A stretch of DNA of 64,000 nt from Octopus vulgaris (taxonomy: Eukaryota): contig OX597816.1 of NCBI GenBank assembly GCA_951406725.2, positions 164,796,001 to 164,860,000 on the forward strand, read 5' to 3'. The first letter of the stretch is position 1. Each line of letters starts with the position of its first letter. The notes under the pieces were generated by a model. The model did no database searches. It had not been told where the DNA came from and worked only from the letters and a program-made list of their open reading frames with translations. Below, piece after piece: positions 13,768-27,198 of this stretch. The position numbers and the translations under genes are program-made.

Positions 13768-14171
13768 ATATCCTAGATACGTTGTTAGGAACTATATAAT
13801 ATCAATTGTTGTTAAATCATTTCATTCCTGAAACAGACCTCGGTGTGTTACAGCTTACAATGATGATAGAGCACGCCAGCGAGAACTGAATCGAGACAAG
13901 CAGAGAATATACAGAGAAAAACTGAAGAAAGGGCAAAGAGAAGAAATAAGAAATGAGAATAAATGAGAATTTGGAACGATGAGAAGCATTAACTCGAGAG
14001 GAGAGGCATGAAATTAATGCAAGGAATAGAACTTGAAGGTGTTGCATGACAAATAAAGAAAGTGGAGTTAAGGGAAAATAATGAGAATTGTTAATCAAGA
14101 AAGAAGACAAAATGTGAACGATGAGGATAGGTAAGAGTATTTTGCACAAAACACAATTAAAAAAAAAAGAC

Positions 14172-14335
14172 AGGCACAGGAGTGGCTGTGCGGTAAGCAG
14201 CTTGCTTACCAACCACATGGTTCCGGGTTCAGTCCCACTGCGTGGCACCTTGGGCAAGTGTCTTCTACTATAGCCTCGGGCCGACCAAAGCCTTTTGAGT
14301 GGATTTGGTAGACGGAAACTGAAAGAAACCCGTCG

Positions 14336-14417
<82 letters not shown>

Positions 14418-14648
14418 CGTGTGTGTACTTTATGTGTCTGTGTTTGTCTCCCCACTCCAACATCGCTTGACAACCGATGCTGGTGTATTTGCGTCCCTGT
14501 AACATAGCGGTTCGGCAAAAGAGACCGATAAAATAAGTACTAGGCTTACATAGAATAAGTCCTGGGGTCGTTTTGCTCGACTAAAGGCGGTGCTCCAGCA
14601 TGGCCGCAGTCAAATGACTGAAACAAGTAAAAGAGTAACAGAGTAAAG
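14172..14648 (+). mobile_element. Family A SINE
   Basis: Family motifs. Confidence 0.9.
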
Positions 14649-14960
14649 AGGCTTGAAGAGAAAACATGACTGAAGGGAATAGACAAAGTTTCGAAGACAT
14701 TAATGAAAGAATTATGAAGGAAATGGCAGGATATTATCATTGAGCGGAGAGATGTTTATGGCTGACGTTCCACCACAGAAGAGGCCATGGGATTTGCATG
14801 GCCGCTGCAAGTTAGTATAGATGTTCAAGAGCCTTAGATCGTATATATATATATATTTTAAAACAAAAACCATGTTTCACTTGTGTCACAGCGAAGCCAT
14901 TTGTGAACCACAGTTCTAATGAATCGATTACATAACAATTTTTCTTCTGCCAAAGTAGTA

Positions 14961-15034
<74 letters not shown>

Positions 15035-15589
15035 TGCCCTGATGCAGTACCAGGCAGTGGCTCTCGTGGCTTCTGATCTTAACTGATTGGAAGTGTTATC
15101 ATGTACATTGTTTTGTCTTGGTATAAAAGATGGGCTACAGCAAATATCCTGCTCAATACCACAGATTTGCTTGTCAGTTGTTTGACCTTAACCAGTTGAC
15201 CATGTCCCTTAGTGGCCGACGATATGTGCATCTCTGATCACGAGCAGAAGTAGTGGGGGAGCATCATAGCCATGTGTTGAGAGGGATTCTTTGGGGTTTG
15301 GATAATTCACCTCTGGAAACATGGGTGGTTCTTTCAACATCCTTAAACAACCCTTATTCAGGGACCTTTTGAGCGGGATGGGCTACTCAACCTGAAGAAA
15401 ATTCTAACTGGGCCCCACCTGCAAGGTCATGCGCTGTTTACCTTGATATGAGATCACCATGTCGCGCACATATGGTTGTGATGCATGTGCCTGGTGTACC
15501 CTTATCAGACGGGTAGTCATGATGGGTATATTGGGCTTCGTATATTTTACCCCAGTGTCACATTGATGACATGCACTGCTCTCTCACTC
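15035..15589 (+). mobile_element. ~555-bp non-coding element inserted in (TAA)n, copy 2
   Basis: Same termini TGCCCTGATGCAG...CTCTCTCACTC, flanked on both sides by (AAT)n in the same orientation. Confidence 0.85.
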
Positions 15590-15668
<79 letters not shown>

Positions 15669-16097
15669 GCAGCAACAACAACAACAACAAAAGCAATAAA
15701 GAAACGAATAAAAGGCCTTGTATTTAGGGCAAAAACGTAACTTTATTGATTAAATTACATTTTCTCCTCTCGCTGTAATATCATTTTCTCGTTCTATATC
15801 ACGACATCATATGATCGGTTCACATTAAATACAACATAACCTTTACATAAACCACTATTTTAAGCGGCAGCCCTTACAGTTGGACACACACGCACACACA
15901 CACGCACGCACACACACTTATTGATTTGTCGTATTTTCGTAGATTCCTCGAAGCTTCCATTGAATCAGTCAACACATTTCTATCTAATGTATGTATGTAT
16001 GTATGTATGTATGCATTTGTGCACGGTTTTATGTATGCGTGTATGTATGTCTTTGACTATGTCAACATTCATACATAATATATATATATATATATAT

Positions 16098-16403
16098 ACA
16101 TTCGGAGAAAGAGATAGCTAGATACCTACGCACATACATACGTATAGACTTACATGTGTATGTCCATACGTTCATATATACATACGTACGTAGATACATA
16201 CATGCATATACGCATACATACGTATTCACGTGTGTGCACTTATGCATATTTACGTGCATACAGGCAAAAATGCATACATACCTACATACAAATATACATA
16301 GTTACATACATATATATGCACACACATGTGGAGTAGATACGTATGCATATATACACACGTATGTATATATATATACACACGTATGTATATATATATATAC
16401 ACG

Positions 16404-16438
<35 letters not shown>

Positions 16439-16531
16439 GTATGTATATATATACACACGTATATATATATATATATACATATATATAATTTGTTTATATA
16501 CATATATGTATATATACATATACACACACAC

Positions 16532-16574
<43 letters not shown>

Positions 16575-17267
16575 CACATAAACTCACGGACACACACATA
16601 TGCACGTAGGTAAATCTTGCTTATATGTAAATATGTATGTATACGTTCGTGTGTGTGTTTGTGCGCTCGTGTGTGTGTGTGAAAGAGAGAGAATGTGTAT
16701 AAACATGTATGTGTGTATTATGTGTTTATGCATGGAAGTATGACTGTATGTATGCACGCTTGTACGGGCTATATATGTATCTACGTAATATATGTATGCA
16801 TATATGTACGTATGTATGTAATACATGCATGTATGTATGTATGAATGACTGTATGTATGTATGTAGGATATGTAATATATGTATGTATAAATGTATGTAT
16901 ATATGTATTTATGTATGTATGTATGTATGTATGTATGTATGTATGTATGTATGTATGTATGTAGGATATGTAATATATGTATGTATAAATGTATGTATAT
17001 ATGTATTTATGTATGTATGTATGCATGTGTGTATGTATGCATGTATGTGTGTATGTGTGTGTGTGTATGTATGTATTTATGTATATATGTATTTATGTAT
17101 GTATGTATGCATGTATGTATGTATGTATGCATGTGTGTATGTATGCATGTATGTGTGTATGTGTGTGTGTGTATGTATGTATTTATGTATATATGTATTT
17201 ATGTATGTATGTATGTATGTATGTATGTACGTACGTACGTACGTATGTATGTATGTATGTATGTATG

Positions 17268-17298
<31 letters not shown>

Positions 17299-17331
17299 GT
17301 ATGTATGTATGTATGTATGTATGTATGTATG

Positions 17332-17362
<31 letters not shown>

Positions 17363-17908
17363 GTATGTATGCATGTATGTATGTATGTATGTATGTAAGT
17401 ATGTATGTATGTATGTATGTATGTATGTATGTATGTATGTATGTATGTACGTACGTACGTACGTATGTATGTATGTATGTATGTATGTATGTATGTATGT
17501 ATGAGTGTGTGTATGTATGAAAGTATGTACTGCGTCATCGTCGTACGCACATATGTACGTTGGTATATATGTATGTTTGCAATATGCACATGTGTACATA
17601 TGTTTGCTTGCATTTTATACATGTATATACATACGTATATACATACGTGTGTATATATGCATACGTATCTACTCCATATGTGTGTGTATATATGTATGTA
17701 ACTATGTATATTTGTATGTAGGTATGTATGCATTTTTGCATGTATGCACGTAAATATGCATAAGTGCACATACGTGAATACGTATTATGTATGCGTATAT
17801 GCATGTATGTATCAACGTACGTATGTATATATGAACGTATGGACATACACATGTAAGTCTATACGTATGTATGTGCGTAGGTATCTAGCTATCTCTTTCT
17901 CCGAATGT
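16098..17908. repeat. Long inverted repeat: 16098-16368 vs 17636-17908, ~1.27-kb (TATG)n-rich spacer
   Basis: ACATTCGGAGAAAGAGATAGCTAGATACC..GGAGTAGATACG is matched in reverse complement with few differences. Confidence 0.9.
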
Positions 17909-17982
17909 TCATGTATGTGTAAAGCTATCTTTCTATCCCTTTCTCTTTCTCTCTCTTTCTCTTTCTCTCTCTTTCTCTCTCT

Positions 17983-18021
<39 letters not shown>

Positions 18022-18159
18022 ATACATTCGCACATGTAATACAACAGAGAAAGCGTGGGAGAGAGAGAAAGAGAATGAGACTGAGAGAAAGATACACACA
18101 GACATAGAGGGAGAGAGAGAGAAATTCAGAGATAGATACACAGGAAACTAGAGAAATAA

Positions 18160-19209
18160 ACATACACGCACGCACACATACACACACGCACACACACGTG
18201 TACATACACACGTGCACGCGCGCACACACACACACATGGACACATACACCCATACGCACGCACAAGCACACACACATACACACACACAGATACAAGCGCA
18301 CACACACGGATACAAGTACACACACACGGATACAAGTACACACAAACGGATACAAGCACACACACACACACACACATGCACACACAGACACGGACGTACA
18401 CACATACACGGATACACACACACATGCACACTTACGCACAGACACACAGATACGTGCACAAACACACTCACATATGTACACACACACACACACACACACA
18501 CAAACGCTCACGTGTACCCACACACACACATGGACACACACACATTGGACACACACACGGACACACGGACACGCACACACATACACATGCACAAGCACAC
18601 AGATACGTACACACACACACTTATATATGTACATACACTTATATATGTACACACACACATATGGACACACACACACACGGACACACACACACATATACAC
18701 GAACACATGCACAGACAAACAAACTTACATACACACACACACACTTACACACAGACATATAGATACGCGCGCACACACACACACTCACATATGCACATAC
18801 ACACACACACACACACAGGCTCACGTGTATCCGCACACATGTTCCATCAGAATATAGATTTACTTTACTATAAATTCATGAAATGCAGCTCACATTACGT
18901 AAGCTGGATAAATAGGCATGGTTCTATACTTACACGCACATACATAATGTACACGAGGCCATACGCAAGCACACGAGACCAAACACGCCAACACCACGAC
19001 CACTCCCTCCCATACACGCATACGCGAACTCCCGCGCGCATACACTCGCATACATAAAGTGCAGGCGATTACAATTATGGTAACGTTTATATGATCAATA
19101 AACATACGTGCCACTACAAATGAAATATTCATACTAATTTTAGAACACAGCATTAAAATAGAAAGAGAGAAAGAGAGAGAAAAAAAAAGAGAGAGAGAGA
19201 GAACGAGTT

Positions 19210-19260
<51 letters not shown>

Positions 19261-19325
19261 CAGAACGTGAGTGAAGACAGACAGACAAACAGATAGACAG
19301 ACAGACGGATTGATAGATAGATAAG

Positions 19326-19385
<60 letters not shown>

Positions 19386-19395
19386 ATAGAATAGA

Positions 19396-19452
<57 letters not shown>

Positions 19453-19467
19453 ATAGAATAGAATAGA

Positions 19468-19553
<86 letters not shown>

Positions 19554-19623
19554 ATAGAATAGATAGATAGATAGATAGATAGATAGGTAGATAGATAGAT
19601 AGATTAGATAGATAGATAGATAT

Positions 19624-19675
<52 letters not shown>
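18160..19675. repeat. Cryptic CA-rich repeat followed by (GA)n and (GATA)n arrays
   Basis: Direct inspection. Confidence 0.9.
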
Positions 19676-19849
19676 GCAGAGAGACAGACAGATAGAAGGA
19701 GAGAAAAGGGGAGACAAAGCGGCGGAAAGATGATAAGCGTAGGAGAGGGGGAGAAAGAGAGAGGTGGTAGTTTTGGAGAGAAGGGTAATTTGATATATTT
19801 ATAGAAGGAAGGTCATTACAGAGAGGAAAAGAGGGAGAAAACTGAGAGA

Positions 19850-21120
19850 TGCGTTGTTATAATATGTTGGGAAAAGCAGTGGAAATTGGGAGAGAAGTGG
19901 TTATTATATATGGGAAGAGCCAGTGGAAATGACGAGAAGGGGAATTATAAAATATGGGAACAGCCAGTGGAAATAGGGAGAGGGGTGGTTATAATATGTG
20001 AGAAGAGTCAGTGGAAATGGAGAGAATTGTGCTTATAATATGTGTAAAGAGCAAGGGGAAATGGAGAGAGGGGTGGTTATATGTGGGAACAGCCAGTGGA
20101 AATGAAGAGAGAGGTGGTTATAATATGTAAGAAGAGCCAGTGGAAATAATGAGAGGAGTGGTTATTTGTGGGAAGAGTGGAAATGGGGAGAATAGTGCTT
20201 GTAATATGTGGAGCCAGCTGAAATAGAGACAGTGATGGTTATAATATGTGTAAAGAGCAAGGGGAAATAAGGAGAAGGTGGTTATATGTGGGAACAGCCA
20301 GTGGAAATGAAGAGAGAGGTGGTTATAATATGTAAGAAGAGCCAGTGGAAATAATGAGAGGAGTGGTTATTTGTGGGAAGAGTCAGTGGAAATGGAGAGA
20401 ATAGTGCTTATAATATGTGGAGACAGCCAGCTGAAATAGAGACAGTGATGGTTATAATATGTGTAAAGAGCAAGGGGAAATAAGGAGAGGGGTGGTTATA
20501 TGTGGGAACAGCCAGTGGAAATGAAGAGAGAGATGGTTATAACATGTGGGAAGAGCTAAGGCAAATAAGGAGAGGGGTGGTTATAAAAAGTGGGAACAGC
20601 CAGTGGAAATGAAGAGAGAGATGGTTATAACATGTAGGAAGAGCTAAGGCAAATAAGGAGAGGGGTGGTTATAAAAAGTGGGAAGAGTCAGTGGAAATGA
20701 AGAGAGAGATGGTTATAACATGTGGGAAGAGCTAAGGCAAATAAGGAGAGGGGTGGTTATAAAAAGTGGGAAGAGTCAGTGGAAATGAAGAGAGAGATTG
20801 TTATAACATGTGGGAAGAGCTAAGGCAAATAAGGAGAGGGGTGGTTATAAAAAGTGGGAAGAGTCAGTGGAAATGAAGAGAGAGATGGTTATAACATGTG
20901 GGAAGAGCTAAGGCAAATAAGGAGAGGGGTGGTTATAAAAGTGGGAAGAGTCGGTGGAAATGAAGAGAGAGATGGTTATAACATGTAGGAAGAGCTATGG
21001 CAAATAAGGAGAGGGGTGGTTATAAAAAGTGGGAAGAGTCGGTGGAAATGAAGAGAGAGATGGTTATAACATGTAGGAAGAGCCAGGGGAAATGGAGAGA
21101 GGGGTGGTTGTAATATGTAA
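19850..21120 (+). repeat. Purine-rich 41-44-bp minisatellite with higher-order repeats
   Basis: Unit approximately GGTTATAATATGTGGGAAGAGCCAGTGGAAATGAAGAGAGAGGT; an 88-bp dimer recurs at 20513, 20601, 20689, 20777, 20865, 20952, 21040. Confidence 0.93.
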
Positions 21121-21206
21121 AAGCTATATAGACTCAGTGACGTTCTTTTCGGATTCCTTGTATCATTTTACTTTCTTTTTTTCTCTATCTAATCACCGGT
21201 TTCCGG

Positions 21207-21658
21207 ATGTATGTATGTATGTATGTATGTATGTATGTATGTATGTATGTATGTATGTATGTATGTATGTACGTACGTACGTATGTACGTATGTATGTAT
21301 GTATGTATGTATGTATGTACGTATGTATGTATGTATGTACGTACGTACGTATGTATGTATGTATGTATGTATGTATGTATGTATGTATGTACGTACGTAC
21401 GTATGTATGTATGTATGTATGTGTGTATGTATGTATGTATGTATGTATGTATGTACGTACGTACGTACGTATGTACGTATGTATGTATGTATGTATGTAT
21501 GTATGTATGTACGTATGTATGTATGTATGTACGTACGTACGTATGTATGTATGTATGTATGTATGTATGTATGTATGTATGTATGTACGTACGTACGTAT
21601 GTATGTATGTATGTATGTGTGTATGTATGTATGTGTGTATGTATGTATGTGTGTGTGT
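21207..21658. repeat. (TATG)n/(TACG)n compound microsatellite
   Basis: Direct inspection. Confidence 0.95.
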
Positions 21659-22675
21659 GATCGCTGGCGATTTATTTTCCTCCGACACCCTCACATAAGC
21701 GATCCTGTCACAGTCGGTCAACGTTCAATTTAGTTGGCACAGCTTTTGATAGCATCACTCCTTCCATGTCTCGCATCCCCTAATCCACAGAAACCTTGAG
21801 ACTATACCTGCTGAGTCCATACCCAACTTGGTGGCTGTCCGTCTACTGGCCACTCTGACGCAAAGTATGCTACAAGCTCTGCAGGACAACTGGCCTGAAA
21901 ATCTTCTGCATCGCACATCGATGGGTTCACACTTTATTTGCTACTCATTGATTTGACGCAGTTCCACCAGGTCATCATATTTAATTTTATTACTTTTATC
22001 ACGAGAAGTATTTGGCTTTTGAGAATGAAATTATATTTGTAGGTCTTTATGTAAGAAAAAAAAGACTAACAACGCTTGTGAATATTTAAAAGACAATATT
22101 ATTACTGCACATATTTTCTGTGTTGGCCTTTTAACAAATATTAATAGCGATATTTAAACCACGGGAGAGACATACTAGTGGGATATACGACAGTTAACTA
22201 AAGCTGCTTGAGGCTGGCTCACCACAAGTCGAAAATAATCGCACTATATTCGTGACGACAAAATCTCTGTTTCCCGTCTACTACTGATGGTGAATAAGAA
22301 TAAAGACATCGAGTGGATATCTCTTTATTGTGGGATTGCCGTTAAAATCCACCTTCATATAGGGCTCAATGAGAAAGTTTTTCAAAGTCGAATCACGTGA
22401 TGGCATGACACCAATTGGTCGCTTAGTCGGCCGATCACGTGAAACAACTGCGGTTAAATCGTGATGCCTACTCGGCTACCCAGCGATTCGGTTTCGAATC
22501 TGCTACATTCTGATTTGCCTCACCAGTGCGGTCCTCCCAGGGAAGGAAGGGTTCCGACAGAACTCTCTGCTTAGATGCTTCAACACAAGGTAACCACAGC
22601 TACTTTCCCAAGTCGACTTTCGGTTCTCAATCTTTTGCTGCTGCAGGTAGGCTCGTATGCGTTGGTGCATATGTG

Positions 22676-22718
<43 letters not shown>

Positions 22719-22887
22719 CAAAAGGGACTAAAGCCATCTGAATATGGCTAGGGACAGGGCAGGGTGGTGGGGGTGTTACTGTTGCATTTAGCCCCAGGCG
22801 AACATCGACGTCGCTAGATAGGCTTGACACCGTCACGGTGTCCTTTAACCTGCAAAGGGAGATAATTCCCCGATGAAGCGGAAACCA

Positions 22888-22933
22888 CACACGGACCATG
22901 GTTTCAAGGTGTATTGCCTATCGTCAACGTGTG
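22888..22933 (-). ncRNA. Type I hammerhead ribozyme (minimal, U3 core variant)
   Basis: Minus strand: CACACG-TTGACGA-T AGG CAATACA CCT T-GAAA-CCATGG-TC-CGTGTG. Perfect 6-bp stem I, palindromic stem III, GUC cleavage triplet; the core reads UUGACGA instead of CUGANGA. Confidence 0.78.
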
Positions 22934-23248
22934 GTAGGCCTCCGCTTCCTCGACGAAATCTCACTCTGCAGGTTATTCATATATAGATTTTCAAGCAAAA
23001 TACATTTGCTGATTTCGAAAATCTGTTCGACAGCAATAATAATTCTCTAAAAGAGATATAGACAGTAACTTCTCGATAACAAAAGGGACTAAAGCCATCT
23101 GAATATGGCTAGGGACAGGGCAGGGTGGTGGGGGTGTTACTGTTGCATTTAGCCCCAGGCGAACATCGACGTCGCTAGATAGGCTTGACACCGTCACGGT
23201 GTCCTTTAACCTGCAAAGGGAGATAATTCCCCGATGAAGCGGAAACCA

Positions 23249-23294
23249 CACACGGACCATGGTTTCAAGGTGTATTGCCTATCGTCAACGTGTG
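23249..23294 (-). ncRNA. Type I hammerhead ribozyme, second tandem copy
   Basis: Identical to 22888-22933, 361 nt away. Confidence 0.78.
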
Positions 23295-23501
23295 GTAGGC
23301 TTCATCGGGGAATTATCTCCCTTTGCAGGTTAAAGGACACCGTGACGGTGTCAAGCCTATCTAGCGACGTCGATGTTCGCCTGGGGCTAAATGCAACAGT
23401 AACACCCCCACCACCCTGCCCTGTCCCTAGCCATATTCAGATGGCTTTAGTCCCTTTTGTTATCGAGCAGTTACTGTCTATATCTCTTTTAGAGAATTAT
23501 T

Positions 23502-23542
<41 letters not shown>

Positions 23543-23764
23543 GTATATGTGTGTGTGCATGTATGTATATATATATGTATGTTTATACACACAGACAGAC
23601 ACACACATAAATATAGCTTTCCTCCTAATGAGACCACAAAAATCATCTTTCATTTTATATACAAACATGTATGAGCATAATAATATACTTATACATACAT
23701 GCATACACACATATGTATATACACATAGATAGATAAATTGACAGATAGACAACCAAACAGATTA

Positions 23765-23864
<100 letters not shown>

Positions 23865-24011
23865 GTAGATAGATAGATTATCTGGATTAATTTAAACTGG
23901 CGCTAATAAAAAGCAGTTATAGAAGCTGTGTTATATACACACACACGCGCATATATGAATGTGAGGTGGTACGTATATATTAATGTTGGTACAGATATAT
24001 ATATTATATAC

Positions 24012-24073
<62 letters not shown>

Positions 24074-24289
24074 ATATGTGTAGGTGTGTTTGTGTGTACG
24101 TGTTTGCGTGTGAGTGTATATATTTATGAAGCATGTATGAATATAGGTATGCATAAAAGGAAAAGGAGGGGATGAGAGAGAGAAGGAGAGCGATCGTTAA
24201 CTGAATGTTTGAATTACTTTGAAAGTTGATTTCCTTTTCAAAGAAAAGAAAACAAAATCAGAAACGTATGTGTGTATGTGTGTGTGTAC

Positions 24290-24330
<41 letters not shown>

Positions 24331-25043
24331 TAAACAAATAGATATCTAAATAGCTAAATCAAGAAATAATCAGTTTAGCATGCCATTCGATTGACGATCA
24401 ATATGGTTTATCAAGTTTAATCTCTCAGTTTTTTCTTTTATTCGTATTTCGCATTCCATATTTTATACGTATTTAGAAGCGGTTATAAAATGAACAAACA
24501 AACCATTTATACGATCGAAAGAAACAAGAAAAAAAAATTGTTTCATATTCGTGTTTATTTGTTTAGCTATTTTGTTTGCTTTTTGTTGTTTGCCACTGCG
24601 TTCGTCTGTTTGTCTCTTCTGCCAAAGAAAATGCATAAAAGTCTATTAATGGTTCTCTGCAGCAGTTGATTCACTGGGGAAAATGACGCCTTCAGACGAA
24701 AATAGCTTCCGAAGATGCGCTTATCAAACGTGGTATTGAAATAATGAATCTATTGAAATCAGTGCAATTTTCTCTTCCATTTTCTAGAAGTGTTGAAATT
24801 TATTTTCGCCTCTCATCATCGCCATCTTTCTTCATCTTTCCTCTTCAATGTTTCGTGATGATGTAAGAAAGCCGGATTAGCTGTCTTAACGAGTCACATC
24901 TCGCTTAAGTTACTCATTTCACAAGGAAATATTGTTGTTCTTGCGGTTGTTTAGCTCCAGATTAGTCCTACGATTAACAAGAATTCAAGCCATGGCCATC
25001 TCTGTTATAAGAGATGGTATATGGAAGACTACATTGTCTAATG

Positions 25044-25200
25044 CAGTGGCTCTCAGCCAGGTTCAATATGGCTCTCCGAGGTTCATATAAGATTTTATTG
25101 TTGAAATTCATCTGCAATAAATTGGTTATAATTTTACAATGCACAAAATATTTTAATAATTTCTCAAACACAGTTCCTAATAATATTTACTTATAAAAAT
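25044..25200 (+). mobile_element. Possible hAT-type MITE end
   Basis: Starts CAGTGGCTCTCAGCC (CAGTGGTTCTCAACC-like); the partner TIR was not found. Confidence 0.35.
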
Positions 25201-25330
25201 ACATAATTTTTGAAACATTGATCTAATGTCATTTCCTTTTTGTTTTGTTTTTTCTGGAAGTAGCCGTCGGATTTTGAGCTTTTTGGCGATAAAAATACAT
25301 AAATACACACATATATACATATATACATAC

Positions 25331-25408
<78 letters not shown>

Positions 25409-25411
<3 letters not shown>

Positions 25412-25640
25412 GGTCCCGGGTTGAGTCGGGGTTAACCACAGTAAATAAGGTACTCAATACATAGCAGAGTAAATTAATTTATTTTATAGAAGGAGCTTCT
25501 AAAAAACGTCCCCTACCACCACCCCATTAAATCTGCCTAAATGTATAAATGCCAAAACTATTCTTGTCACCTAGCTTCCTGATGATTTCTTTTGAATGAA
25601 ACAGTTCTAGTCCTGTAGAAGCTCCTTCTATAAAATAAAT
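25409..25640 (+). mobile_element. Short HHR-bearing element with inverted 5' segment, inside (TA)n
   Basis: 25477-25501 is the exact reverse complement of 25616-25640, which starts at the cleavage triplet. TA tracts flank both sides. Confidence 0.75.
25573..25623 (+). ncRNA. Type I hammerhead ribozyme (canonical core)
   Basis: AGCTTC-CTGATGA-T TTC TTTT GAA T-GAAA-CAG TTCTAGTC CTG-TA-GAAGCT. Perfect 6-bp stem I, GUA triplet at 25615-25617, AATAAA just downstream. Confidence 0.88.
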
Positions 25641-25980
25641 AAATATATATATATATAGTGAGAATTTATTTTAAAAAAAGACGAAGACGGGTGTGTAAAA
25701 AACAAGCAAATGTATTAGTTTAACGCTCGGGAAGTGGGAAAGTCTTTTACGTTTCGAGCCCATGCTCTTCGAGAGTTGTTCTTTGTTATATTCCATTGTA
25801 AATTGAATGTTACTATTTATGTCATTTAGTGTTGATTTGAAATTCAAAAGTTTGTCTATATTCTCCTTCCAGTCATCTAGGTATCTCCTTCCAATTTTCT
25901 CTTATGTAGAGGTAAAATGGGTAACCATATTTCTGAAGTGATACTTCATATAAGGTGAATTCAAAATAACCCATTATATA

Positions 25981-26042
<62 letters not shown>

Positions 26043-26109
26043 GATAAACAGATTGACAGATAGACAGATAGATATATTTAGATAGATATTTAGATAGATA
26101 GATATTTAA

Positions 26110-26144
<35 letters not shown>

Positions 26145-26209
26145 CATACATACATACATACATACATACATACATACATACATACATACGTATGTACGTA
26201 CATACATGC

Positions 26210-26300
<91 letters not shown>

Positions 26301-27166
26301 TAAGCAGACATACATTTACATATAAATAAAGCAGAACAGACGAAGATGTTATTAATAGATAAGAAATAAAGGCAACTATCAACAAATTTGAGACTTTCAA
26401 CGTGAATGAAAGCAAAATGTTAAAAAGAGATAAATATGAGAAATTCTGAAGCGAAATATAAATAATACGGTTAATGGAGCGTCCAATGAAGCAAGAATCC
26501 CAACAACCTATTCTCACTAACACATGACTGAAGGCAACATTACAGAATACATGCCATGGAGCCAAGAAATGAACCGTGAGTTGATATCGCTCTACCAGTT
26601 CCAGATATTCGTTTGTCGTTTCCAATATGAGCGGCTCTCGTAATGACGGTCCATAAATTTCTGTGTCTGTCTCTGAATAAAGTTGTTTTATTTTCCTGCC
26701 AACTGATCTAATATTTGCATGGAGAACTGTGTGTAAATCTGTAAGTCGGCCAACAACTACACGGGGTGGGGGGGGGTGCAGATATCACCCTGGTACTTAA
26801 TTCAGATAAGCTTACACACACAGACAGACACACACACATACACACACGTAAACAGACATACATACACACACACTCACTCACTCACTCATTCACTCACTCA
26901 TGCACACACACTCACTCACATATACACATGGTTGTGTGGTAAAAAGCTGGCTTCCCGACCGTGTGGTCTTGGGTTGAGTTCGACTGCACGACATCTGGAA
27001 CAGGTGTCTTCTATAGCCGTGGACCAACCGATATATGTATGTGCGTGTGTTTGTGTGTGTGTGAATTTGTCCGATTAAGCTCCCCCTTCAAGGCCGTGCC
27101 CCAGAATGGCCACAATCATGTTAGGCACAATACAACACCACCACAACCACCACCACCATCACCACC

Positions 27167-27198
<32 letters not shown>

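Larger units (their letters stand above)
22715..23505 (-). mobile_element. Retrozyme-like / Penelope pseudo-LTR-like non-autonomous element: 1.6 tandem 361-nt monomers plus a 207-bp inverted 5' end, inside (TA)n
   Basis: 22715-22939 is repeated at 23076-23300 (period 361). 23299-23505 is the reverse complement of 23034-23240 with one mismatch. Each monomer has one hammerhead motif, and TA tracts flank both sides. Confidence 0.85.

Noticed and set aside
19850-21120. CRISPR-like regular repeat
   Set aside because: There are no unique spacers; these are contiguous tandem units in a eukaryotic context.
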